Source: Bacteroidota bacterium (GTDB lineage Bacteria; Bacteroidota; Bacteroidia; Bacteroidales; B18-G4). From it: 64,000 nt of DNA. The notes below the pieces were generated by a model, which did no database searches, was not told the DNA's origin, and worked only from the letters and a program-made list of their open reading frames with translations. The translations under genes were made by a program, and so were the position numbers. This document shows, piece by piece, positions 40,953 to 50,800 of the stretch. Each line of letters begins with the position of its first letter. Position 1 is the stretch's first letter. The stretch is from NCBI GenBank assembly GCA_013202965.1, contig JABMQZ010000106.1, positions 3,315 through 67,314 of the forward strand. The letters are read 5' to 3'.

Positions 40953-42689
40953 ATGGGCAACAAAAAAAATAACCAGAAACGCAGCAGCCTGATCCGGCTT
41001 GTTCTGGGTATTGTGATCATTGTGTTCGTAAATATCATCAGCGCAAACCTCTTTACCCGTATCGACCTTACCGCGGAAAAACGCTATACCGTTGGCGATG
41101 ATACCAGGGAGCTGCTCAGGAAACTTGATGATGTGGTTTATTTCCAGGTCTACCTGAAAGGCGATCTTGCCCCGAGGTACAAACGCCTGCAGCAGGCCAC
41201 ACAGGAAATGCTGGATGAGTTCAGGGTATATACCGACAACATACAGTATCAGTTCATTAACCCTTCTTCGAATGATGACCCGAAGGAACGATACAATACC
41301 CATGAAAACCTGAAAGAGCGTGGGCTGATTCCTGCGGAGGTAAGGGAGGATGATGCCGAAGGGGTGAAGTTCCAGATCATCTTTCCCGGGGCCATCGTCT
41401 CATACAAGTCGAAAGAAATGCCTTTGCAACTTCTGCGCCCGGAAAGAGGTGCCACGGAAGATGAGATGGTGAACCGCGCCATAGAAAACATTGAATTCAA
41501 CCTGGCTTATGTCATTAACCTGCTTTCCAATGAACGGAAATCAAAGATCGCTTTTATCGAAGGGCATGGCGAATTTAACTTGAAGGAAACTGCAGACATA
41601 ACACGCGCTTTGCAGGAAAATTATGTTGTAGAAAGGGTGAGACTGAACGAGCGGGTCAATATCCTTACTGAAAGGGTGGAATCCGACTCGGGCAACATGG
41701 CTATACGGAATATTTACAAGGCCATCATTATTGCCGGGCCTGATTCTGTGTTCAGCGAGAAAGACAAGTTCATCATCGACCAGTACATCATGCATGGTGG
41801 CAAGGTGTTGTGGTTGGTGGATGCGGTATTTGCCAGCATGGACAGCCTGCAATTCGGTGGAGCTACCATGGGCATCACCAATAATGTCCACCTGGATGAT
41901 CAGCTGTTTAATTATGGTGTCCGCCTGAATACCAATCTCATCATGGACTTGATTGCCCTTCCCATCCCGGTCACTACCGGAAGCCTTGCCGGGCAACAAC
42001 AGATCGATTTCTTTCCATGGTATTTCTTCCCCCTGGTGACCCCTCAGATCAACCACCCGGTGGTGAGCAACCTGAGTGCGGTAAAAACAGAATTCGTCAG
42101 CAGTATCGATACAATCAGGATTCCCGGAATAAAGAAGACTTTCTTGCTCAACAGCTCACCATATTCAAGGAGGCTGAATGCCCCCGTGTATATTAACCTG
42201 AATATCCTGGGCTATGAACCGGATGAACATCTGTACAATGAAGCATTTCTCCCTGTGGCTGTTTTGCTGGAAGGTGAATTCTCATCTTTGTACAAAAACA
42301 GGATATCTCCCTCCCTGGCATACAGCAAGGAAATAGGCTTTACAGAATATAGTGAGCCGACAGCCATGATCATTGTCTCTGACGCAGATGTGATCAGAAA
42401 CCAGCTGCATTATTCTCAGGGCTATCCGCTGGCACTGGGTTACGACCAATTTACAGAACAAACTTTTGGCAATAAGAAGTTTATTCTGAATGCGATCGAT
42501 TACCTGACGGAAGGCTCGGATCTTATCAGCATCCGCTCCCGTGAACTCAAACTCCGGCTCCTTGACAATACCTACCTGAAAGGGAATGACCTGAAGTGGA
42601 AACTGATCAATGTCGTAATACCGCCACTGCTTGTGATTATTTTCGGAATTATTTATATCTTCATCAGGAAGAAAAGATATTCAGCTTAA
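40953..42689 (+). CDS. gldG: Gliding-motility-associated ABC transporter accessory protein
   Basis: N- and C-terminal TM anchors around a large ABC_transp_aux-like region (YFQVYLKGDLAP..., KIAFIEGHGE). Confidence 0.75.
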   Translation: MGNKKNNQKRSSLIRLVLGIVIIVFVNIISANLFTRIDLTAEKRYTVGDDTRELLRKLDDVVYFQVYLKGDLAPRYKRLQQATQEMLDEFRVYTDNIQYQFINPSSNDDPKERYNTHENLKERGLIPAEVREDDAEGVKFQIIFPGAIVSYKSKEMPLQLLRPERGATEDEMVNRAIENIEFNLAYVINLLSNERKSKIAFIEGHGEFNLKETADITRALQENYVVERVRLNERVNILTERVESDSGNMAIRNIYKAIIIAGPDSVFSEKDKFIIDQYIMHGGKVLWLVDAVFASMDSLQFGGATMGITNNVHLDDQLFNYGVRLNTNLIMDLIALPIPVTTGSLAGQQQIDFFPWYFFPLVTPQINHPVVSNLSAVKTEFVSSIDTIRIPGIKKTFLLNSSPYSRRLNAPVYINLNILGYEPDEHLYNEAFLPVAVLLEGEFSSLYKNRISPSLAYSKEIGFTEYSEPTAMIIVSDADVIRNQLHYSQGYPLALGYDQFTEQTFGNKKFILNAIDYLTEGSDLISIRSRELKLRLLDNTYLKGNDLKWKLINVVIPPLLVIIFGIIYIFIRKKRYSA

Positions 42690-42704
42690 AAGATCCCTCT
42701 GCCC

Positions 42705-43760
42705 ATGAAAAAAAACAGATTCCTTCTCCTCCTTACGCTTATTCTGGTGATCATTGCCGTATTGTTTGTAAACCGGCGATACACCACCCTGGATGATACC
42801 GAAAGCGGTTTTGCGGTTGCTGATACATCAAAGGTAAGCAGGATCTTTATGGTCGACAAGAATAACCGCAGCGTCGAACTTCAGAGGGAAAACCCAGCTA
42901 AATGGATCCTCAACGGGAAGTACCTGGCGCACAATTTTAATATTTCCATGCTGCTGGGAACCATGCATGACATTACTGTTCGTTACCCTGTGCCCATTGC
43001 TGTCAGGGACAATGTCATTAAGCGCATGGCAAGCATGGGCGTAAAGGTGGAGATCTACCAGGAAGGATACCGTATCAATCTTTTTGACCGGATAAAACTG
43101 TTTCCATACGAGAAACTGAGCAAGACCTATTACGTTGGCGATGCCACCCCTGACAACCGGGGCACTTATATTCTGATGGAGGATGCGGAAAACCCATATG
43201 TGGTATTTCTCCCCAGCCTCAGAGGTTTCATATATCCCCGCTTTTCAACCGACGAGACCGATTGGCGTGACCATAGCGTTTTTAAAACGCCTTTGCAGGA
43301 TTTTGCTTCGGTCACACTGGAATTTCTGGAAAAACCGGAGGAATCTTTCAGGGTGGATGCAGATGCAAAGGGCAATTTTACACTGACCACCTTGCTGGAC
43401 GAAACCCGGCAAGGCTTTGACACCCTTCGCATGCTGCAATTTGTGACTGCCTTCAAGGATATTCGTTTTGAAGCGGTACTAAACACCAAACTGGAAGCTT
43501 CATACATTGATTCCATTGCTTCCGGGCCGGGCTTACATATCATTACATTACTGGATAGAGAAGGGAATGAGTTTGTGGTACACACTTTCCGCAAAAGCGG
43601 GATCAGCGAGTTTTACGATAAAGATGGTGTCGCACTTGAGCCTCTCGATCTGGATCGCATGTATGCCTACGTGAATGAAGGAAGGGATTTTGTACTGATA
43701 CAGTACTTTGTGTTCGATAAAGTATTGAGAACTGCATCATATTTGCAGAAAAAGGAATAG
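42705..43760 (+). CDS. DUF4340-like protein (usual gldG neighbour)
   Basis: N-terminal anchor, the size, and its position after gldG. Sequence-level recognition is weak. Confidence 0.5.
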   Translation: MKKNRFLLLLTLILVIIAVLFVNRRYTTLDDTESGFAVADTSKVSRIFMVDKNNRSVELQRENPAKWILNGKYLAHNFNISMLLGTMHDITVRYPVPIAVRDNVIKRMASMGVKVEIYQEGYRINLFDRIKLFPYEKLSKTYYVGDATPDNRGTYILMEDAENPYVVFLPSLRGFIYPRFSTDETDWRDHSVFKTPLQDFASVTLEFLEKPEESFRVDADAKGNFTLTTLLDETRQGFDTLRMLQFVTAFKDIRFEAVLNTKLEASYIDSIASGPGLHIITLLDREGNEFVVHTFRKSGISEFYDKDGVALEPLDLDRMYAYVNEGRDFVLIQYFVFDKVLRTASYLQKKE

Positions 43761-43791
43761 AACAGTTTTTATTCCAGTTAAACGCAAGCAA

Positions 43792-45030
43792 TTGAAACTT
43801 CTCATCCTTAGCCAGTATTATCCTCCCGAAGTTGGTGCTGCCCAGAACCGGCTGCATGAGCTTGCTGTACAACTCAGGCGGAAAGGTGTGGAGGTAAAAG
43901 TGCTGACGGCCATGCCCAATTACCCGCAGATGAAGATCCATGATGGATACAGGCGTAAATGCCATAAAAAGGAAGATATTGACGGCATCACTGTGTACAG
44001 GTCATGGATATATGTGAAAGACAGCAAGTCGATATTTCAACGCCTGTTGAATTATTTTTCTTTTGTGTTTACATCATTTTTTGCGGGCTGGTTCAGAATT
44101 GGAAAATGTGATTACATACTGTGTGAGTCTCCCCCTCTTTTTCTTGGGATGTCGGCATATCTGTTGTCAAGGCTAAAAAGGGCCGGACTGATATTCAATG
44201 TTTCTGACCTGTGGCCCGAAAGTGCTGAAAAACTAGGGCTCATTAAATCAAGATTTTTGCTGGGCATGAGTACTCGCATGGAGGAATGCCTGTATAAGAG
44301 ATCGGTGCTGGTGACCGGACAAACGCAGGGGATCATAAATAACATTTCCGGAAGGTTTCCTGATAAAGCCGTTTACTGGTTGCGGAACGGAGTTGATCTG
44401 TCCTATTACAACCCGGATAATATCAAAACCGCCTGGCGTACTGAAAATGGGTTTAAGCAAGATGATTTCCTGATCTATTATGGTGGAATACTTGGGCATG
44501 CACAGGGGCTGGAAGTGATCCTGAAAGCTGCCGTCCGGCTGAAAATTATGCCCGGGATCAGGTTTATTGTAATGGGCAGTGGGCCTGTGAAAGATACTTT
44601 GTTGGCAATGAAAGAAGAGCAGCAACTCGATAATGTGATTTTTTTCGAAACAGTTACTAAAAGTGACATGCCTTCCGTTGTTGCCTCCATGGATGTGTCC
44701 GTGATCCCGCTGAAGAAGCTGGATTTGTTCAAAGGGGCCATTCCGTCCAAGATATTTGAAAGTCTGGCAATGAAAAAACCCATTCTTCTTGGGGTGGAAG
44801 GAGAGGCCAGTGACCTGTTTATTGAAGAAGGAAGCTGTGGACTCCATTTTGAGCCGGAAAATGATGAGGATCTTGCCGAAAAGGTGTTACTTTTATATCA
44901 TGATCAAAAATTGACGGCGGCGCTGGGTACTAATGCCAGAAAATATGTGGAATTAAAGTTTGACAGGAAAAAGATTGCGGCTGAATTTTATGAAGAACTA
45001 ATGAAGATCAGTGACACTGGCTCTAATTAA
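43792..45030 (+). CDS. Family 4 glycosyltransferase (WcaI-like)
   Basis: KLLILSQYYPPEVGAAQNRLHELA is the typical WcaI-type N-terminus. The start is a TTG. Confidence 0.8.
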   Translation: MKLLILSQYYPPEVGAAQNRLHELAVQLRRKGVEVKVLTAMPNYPQMKIHDGYRRKCHKKEDIDGITVYRSWIYVKDSKSIFQRLLNYFSFVFTSFFAGWFRIGKCDYILCESPPLFLGMSAYLLSRLKRAGLIFNVSDLWPESAEKLGLIKSRFLLGMSTRMEECLYKRSVLVTGQTQGIINNISGRFPDKAVYWLRNGVDLSYYNPDNIKTAWRTENGFKQDDFLIYYGGILGHAQGLEVILKAAVRLKIMPGIRFIVMGSGPVKDTLLAMKEEQQLDNVIFFETVTKSDMPSVVASMDVSVIPLKKLDLFKGAIPSKIFESLAMKKPILLGVEGEASDLFIEEGSCGLHFEPENDEDLAEKVLLLYHDQKLTAALGTNARKYVELKFDRKKIAAEFYEELMKISDTGSN

Positions 45031-45054
45031 ATTGTTAAACTGTTAAATTGTTAA
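45031..45054. repeat. Tandem octamer array (ATTGTTAA ACTGTTAA ATTGTTAA)
   Basis: It begins at the first base after the TAA (45028-45030) and overlaps the putative TTG start of the next gene. Confidence 0.7.
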
Positions 45055-46307
45055 TCAGCGAAAAACATATTGCCCGCTTATACCAGACTGAATTTATTGC
45101 ATTTGCATTTCTCCTGCCTATATACAGGAAAGTGATTCCCTATGTAATTGCCGTCATGGTGCTCACATGGTTGCTGGAAATGGACTTTGTCAATAAGGCC
45201 AAAAGACTGGCAAAATCACGGCACAGGCAGAACACTTTGCTTTTCGCAGGAATATATATTTTATACTTACTTGGTTTAATGTATACCGTAAATTATAATT
45301 ACGGCCTATTTGACCTGGAGGTTAAGATGTCACTTATTATTTTTCCTGTGATCATGGCGACTGTGAGGGATGAGGTGCTTTCTTTGGCTGTGGCGAGACA
45401 GGTGCTCTGGGCCTTTATATTTGGAGTATTTGCTTCAATGTTATTGTGTTATGCTATCGCATTGGCTGATTATCTTGAAAGCGGTTCGATGATGGCATTC
45501 TATTACAGCAGGCTTTCCATACTGATCCATCCTTCATACCTTGCCATGTTCGTTAGTTTAGCCATTGCCATACTCTTATATTTCCTGTATAAAGGCTTAT
45601 TAACTACAAGGCTTAGAAAATTACTTGCTGTTTTGCTCGTATTTATGTTCGAGTTTTTTGTGATCATGCTGAGTTCCAAAGCCGGGATCCTCGGCCTTGC
45701 CATCACGCTTGCTATTTTCACTTCATATGTCATTTTTGAGGAAAGGAGAATTGCAAGGGGCCTGGTCTCTGGTGGCTTGCTTGCTGTTTCCTTTGTTTTC
45801 CTGTTAATGTTATTCCCTGCCTCCGCCGAACGCTTTGCCCAAAGCCGGGAAGTTATTGAACGTGCAGATGTCACTTCCAAAGAGATTGCCAGCAGCACCG
45901 GCGAAAGGATTATGATCTGGTGGTATACTTTTGAGATCACAAACGAGAATTTTTTGTTTGGTGTGGGAACGGGTGATGTGAAAGATCATTTATTGGATAA
46001 ATACTATGAAAAGGAAATGAATAATGCTTTCCGCCTGGAATTAAATGCGCACAATCAATACCTTCAAATTCTAATTGCGATGGGGATCATCGGGATGATC
46101 GTGCTGATGCTGAACCTGGTCCTGCCGACATTGTACAGCATTGAGCAGAAACATTTTCTGTATTTTATCTTCCTAATCCTGATCGGCTTTAATTTCCTGT
46201 TCGAATCTATGCTTGAAACACAGGCCGGGGTGGTCTTTTATGCATTCTTCAATGCATACTTTTTTGCCATAAAAAAAGATCCCGCCTCTTTAGAAACGGG
46301 ATCCTAA
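45048..46307 (+). CDS. O-antigen ligase / polymerase family membrane protein (Wzy_C)
   Basis: A polytopic membrane protein with the periplasmic-loop motif GTGDVKDHL...AHNQYLQIL. The start is uncertain (TTG). Confidence 0.7.
   Translation: MLISEKHIARLYQTEFIAFAFLLPIYRKVIPYVIAVMVLTWLLEMDFVNKAKRLAKSRHRQNTLLFAGIYILYLLGLMYTVNYNYGLFDLEVKMSLIIFPVIMATVRDEVLSLAVARQVLWAFIFGVFASMLLCYAIALADYLESGSMMAFYYSRLSILIHPSYLAMFVSLAIAILLYFLYKGLLTTRLRKLLAVLLVFMFEFFVIMLSSKAGILGLAITLAIFTSYVIFEERRIARGLVSGGLLAVSFVFLLMLFPASAERFAQSREVIERADVTSKEIASSTGERIMIWWYTFEITNENFLFGVGTGDVKDHLLDKYYEKEMNNAFRLELNAHNQYLQILIAMGIIGMIVLMLNLVLPTLYSIEQKHFLYFIFLILIGFNFLFESMLETQAGVVFYAFFNAYFFAIKKDPASLETGS
46271..46303 (-). terminator. Rho-independent terminator of gdhA, embedded in the 3' coding end of the convergent ligase gene
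   Basis: The minus strand reads GATCCCG-(12 nt)-CGGGATC followed by TTTTTTT, about 40 nt downstream of the gdhA stop. Confidence 0.5.
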
Positions 46308-46312
46308 AGTCA

Positions 46313-46340
46313 ATTTCTGACTTCTGATTTCTGGTATCTG
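46313..46340. repeat. Tandem heptamer array (ATTTCTG ACTTCTG ATTTCTG GTATCTG)
   Basis: Lies in the 38-nt convergent spacer between the ligase stop (46307) and the gdhA stop (46346). Confidence 0.8.
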
Positions 46341-46345
46341 AATTC

Positions 46346-47701
46346 CTATACGTATCCCTGTGCCATCATGGCATCAGCAATTTTTACGAAACCACCAATG
46401 TTGGCTCCTGTTACATAGTCAATATAGTCACCATCTTTCGGGCCATATTTTACACAGGTTGCATGAATGTCTTTCATGATCTGCTGCAGTCTGGCGTCAA
46501 CTTCTTCCCTTGTCCAGGAAAGGCGCAGTGAGTTCTGGCTCATTTCAAGTCCTGAAACGGAAACACCACCTGCATTGGCAGCTTTACCCGGGCCGTACAT
46601 GATCCTGGCATTCTGATAAACTTCAACTGCTTCTGGTGTGGAAGGCATGTTGGCACCTTCTGAAACCAGGAAACAACCATTGGCGATCAGTGTTTTAGCA
46701 TCTTCTTCATCAATCTCATTCTGTGTTGCACTCGGAAGGGCAACATCACATTTAATGCCCCATGGGCGTTTTCCTTCATAATACTCACAGCCATACTTTT
46801 CAGCATACTCCTTGATACGTCCTCTCTTCACATTCTTTAATTCCATGATGTAAGCAAGTTTTTCTGAATCTATGCCATCAGGATCGTAGATGAAGCCGGC
46901 TGAATCAGAAAGTGTAACGACTTTTCCACCCAGTTCAGTAGCTTTTTCAGTAGCATATTGTGCAACATTTCCTGAACCTGACACACAACAAATTTTTCCT
47001 TTCATGCTGTCGCCACGGGTTTTAAGCATTTCCTGGGCAAAATAAACCTGTCCGTAACCGGTGGCTTCCGGACGAATAAGGCTGCCACCCCATTCACGGC
47101 CTTTACCTGTGAGAACACCTGTAAATTCATTTTTAAGTCTTTTGTACTGGCCAAAAAGGAAACCGATTTCCCTGCCGCCCACGCCGATGTCTCCGGCAGG
47201 TACGTCAGTGTTGGGTCCGATATGGCGAAACAATTCTGTCATGAAACTCTGGCAGAATGCCATCACCTCATTGTCTGACTTTCCTTTGGGATCGAAATCA
47301 GAACCACCTTTTCCTCCGCCCATAGGCAGTGTGGTCAGGCTGTTTTTGAATACCTGCTCGTAAGCAAGAAACTTCAACACACCAAGATTAACGGTAGGGT
47401 GGAAGCGGAGTCCGCCTTTGTAAGGGCCGATCGCAGAATTCATTTCAATTCTGTATCCTTTGTTGATCTGGATTTCGCCTTTGTCATCTTTCCAGGGAAT
47501 TCTGAATAAAATAACTCTTTCTGGTTCTCCTATTCTCTCAAGGATTTTAGCAACCTTATATTTCGGGTTTTCTTCGACATAAGGGATGATGGTTGTAACC
47601 ACTTCCTCTACTGCCTGGTGAAATTCAACTTCACCCGGATTCTTGGCTATTACATTGGCCATGAATTCCTTAATTACAGAATCATATGCGTTGTTTGTCA
47701 T
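46346..47701 (-). CDS. gdhA: NADP-specific glutamate dehydrogenase
   Basis: KGGLRFHPTVNLGVLKFLAYEQVFKNSLTTLPMGGGKGGSDFDPKGKS is a canonical GDH sequence. Confidence 0.95.
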   Translation of the reverse strand: MTNNAYDSVIKEFMANVIAKNPGEVEFHQAVEEVVTTIIPYVEENPKYKVAKILERIGEPERVILFRIPWKDDKGEIQINKGYRIEMNSAIGPYKGGLRFHPTVNLGVLKFLAYEQVFKNSLTTLPMGGGKGGSDFDPKGKSDNEVMAFCQSFMTELFRHIGPNTDVPAGDIGVGGREIGFLFGQYKRLKNEFTGVLTGKGREWGGSLIRPEATGYGQVYFAQEMLKTRGDSMKGKICCVSGSGNVAQYATEKATELGGKVVTLSDSAGFIYDPDGIDSEKLAYIMELKNVKRGRIKEYAEKYGCEYYEGKRPWGIKCDVALPSATQNEIDEEDAKTLIANGCFLVSEGANMPSTPEAVEVYQNARIMYGPGKAANAGGVSVSGLEMSQNSLRLSWTREEVDARLQQIMKDIHATCVKYGPKDGDYIDYVTGANIGGFVKIADAMMAQGYV

Positions 47702-47890
47702 AACAAAATATGTGTTTTGGTTCTTGAATAATTGATTTTGCGAAAATGTTGCACAATATTAATGAAAAAATATGTAGAAATGCAAGATTCTCGTGTTATT
47801 TTAATTCTAAATAACATTCACTCATAGTAAAGGCAGAAAACGCAATAATTAGTACCTTTACAAGGTGTATCCATAATAATAATTTGCTAA

Positions 47891-50800
47891 ATGGAAAAAC
47901 GAGATAGGCCGAACAAAGATTTGAAGCGATTGCAGGCGGAAGCCGGGGAGAGATTAAAAGAACTTGCTGCGATCAACCAGACCACACAGTTATTGAGTGA
48001 AGGCAAGACCGTTGAAGAAACCCTGGCCCGCATCGTTGATATTCTGCCACCGGCATGGCAATACCCGGAATATACAGTTGCACGCATAGTTTTTGGTAAA
48101 CTCATATTTACCAGTGCGAATTTCATGCCTACAAACTGGAAGCAGCAACAGGCTTTTGAAACCATCGATGGCATTAAAGGCTCTATTGAAATATTCTACA
48201 TACGGGAGTTCCCCGACCTGGATGAAGGCCCTTTCATGGCGGAAGAAAGACAGCTGATCAACAACCTTAGCGGCCTCATCACGGGATATCTTAACAGTCT
48301 GAAGGGGCGTACACTCTTAAAAGAAGAAAAAGACATTCCCGGAAAGAAAAGTCCGGATATCTTGCCAGACAAACCTCAGGTCTATAGTCGTCAGCTGCTT
48401 CAAAAGTTTCTTAATAAAAATAACTACGACCGTGATATCTACCACGACCTTATGCCATTTAAGGTCAAAGAGATCCTCCTGGTTGCCAACCTATATGATG
48501 CATACAGCATTGAAAAGGAAGGCCGGTTTTCGGAGCACGTCCTGGGTGAATATCATCAGCTGAGCCTGACTTCAATTCCAAGGATCACCGGTGTTTCAAA
48601 TGAACAGGAGGCGATGGAGCAATTGCGTTCCAAACATTTTGACCTCGTGATACTGATGATGGGTGCTGACAAGAAATCTCCCATTGGATTGAGCTGCCGG
48701 ATCAAGAAGGAATATTCATATATCCCTGTATTCCTTTTGCTGAATAATAACAGTGACATAGAGTACATATCACGGCGAAAAGCTTCCACCAAACATATTG
48801 ACAAAGTATTTGTCTGGAACGGAGAATCAAAGGTATTCTTTGCCATGATCAAGCATGTGGAGGACAGCATCAATGTTGAGAATGATACCAATATTGGCAT
48901 GGTACGGGTGATATTGCTGGTGGAAGATTCCCCTAAGTATTATTCCAGGTATCTCCCCATGCTGTACAATATCGTGCTGGAGCAAACCAGACATATCATT
49001 GATGACGTCAGCACCGATGAATTATACAAGGTTCTCAAACTCAGGGCAAGGCCAAAAATATTGCTGGCTTCCAATTACGAGGAAGCTGTTGATATCATTG
49101 ATAAATACAAAGACTATCTCCTGTGTCTTATCACGGATGTGAAGTTCGAAAGGAATGGAAAAGAAGAACCCCAGGCAGGCCTGGATCTGGTGAAATATTT
49201 AAGGGAAAATACCAGGCATCTGCCCATCATCATACAGTCATCTGAGGAAGCCAATGCAGATAAAGCGTATAAACTGAAATCTACTTTTATCAATAAGAAT
49301 TCTGAAAGTCTTTCACAGGATTTTAAGAGTTTTATTACACATTATCTCGGCTTTGGTAATTTTATTTACCGCAACGATAAAGGACAGGTTATTGCTGTGG
49401 CAAAATCGCTTAAAGAATTTGAGAGGTTGCTTAAAACCATTCCGGATGAATCGCTTATCCATCATGCAAGAAAAGATCAGTTCTCCTTATGGTTGATGGC
49501 CAGGGGAGAGATACAGGCAGCCAAGATCCTTAGCCCGCATAAAGTCACTGATTTCGGAAGTCCACAGAAGATCAGGGAATATCTGCTTGAGATTATCTCC
49601 AAGTTCAGGAATGAGCAGGAGAGGGGCAAAATCGTTCCCTTTGAAAAATCGGCCATCACCGACGATTCCAATATTGTTGCACTGATGGAGGGTTCCCTTG
49701 GAGGAAAAGGCCGGGGAATCGCCTTCATCAATACCTTGATCTATAATTATGATTTCAGTCAGCAACTCCCCGGCATTCATATAAAAGCTCCGAAAACAGT
49801 TTTAATAGGCACCGAAGAGTTTGAATATTTCATGGAACGAAATGGCCTGACAGAATTGATCTTAAATGAAAAAGATTATTCAAAGATCAAAAAGGCATTT
49901 CTCAAGTCCCGCCTTACAGAAACCATGATCAAAAGATTAAAGATGGTGCTCGTCGATTTCAAAAAACCGATCGCCATAAGGTCATCCGGACTGTTTGAGG
50001 ATTCGCTGATGCAGCCATTTGCCGGAATATTTGAAACTTTTCTTTTGCCAAACAGCCACCCCGATCCCAAAGTGCGCCTGCAGCAGGCCATGGATGCCAT
50101 AAAAATGGTATATGCCAGTGTGTATTCAGAAATGGCCCGCGGCTATGTGGAAGCCGTCCATTATAAGATCGAAGAGGAAAAGATGGCTGTGGTCATTCAG
50201 GAAGTTGTAGGAAATCAGTATGATCATTACTTTTACCCGCATATCAGTGGTGCAGCCCAGTCATTTAATTATTACCCGGTATCGCACATGAAACCTGAAG
50301 AGGGATTTGTTGTAGCCGCTGTCGGACTGGGAAAATACGTTGTGGAGGGTGAAAAAGCATTCCGTTTTTCTCCAAAGTATCCTGAAATAGAGATCAACAG
50401 CCCCAAAGACCAGTATAAAAACTCACAGCTGCAATTTTTTGCTGTCGACCTGGAGAAAAAAGAACCGAATCTCCTGGAAGGCGATATCGCAGGACTGGCC
50501 CGGCTGGATATAGATGAAGCGGAAAAACAGGGAACCCTCAAACATTGCGCTTCTGTTTATAATCCCGATAATGACCAGATTCTGCCGGGGCTGACCCATC
50601 CCGGCCCACGCATTGTGAATTTTGCCAATATCCTTAAATATAAGTATATTCCACTTGCGCAAACGATCGAAGTTGTCCTTGATGTCGTGAAAGAAGCACT
50701 GGGATCTCCTGTGGAAATTGAATTTGCTGTCGACCTGAACAAAGATAAAAACGGACTGGCATCTTTTTACCTCTTACAGATCAAACCACTGCTCGGGAGT

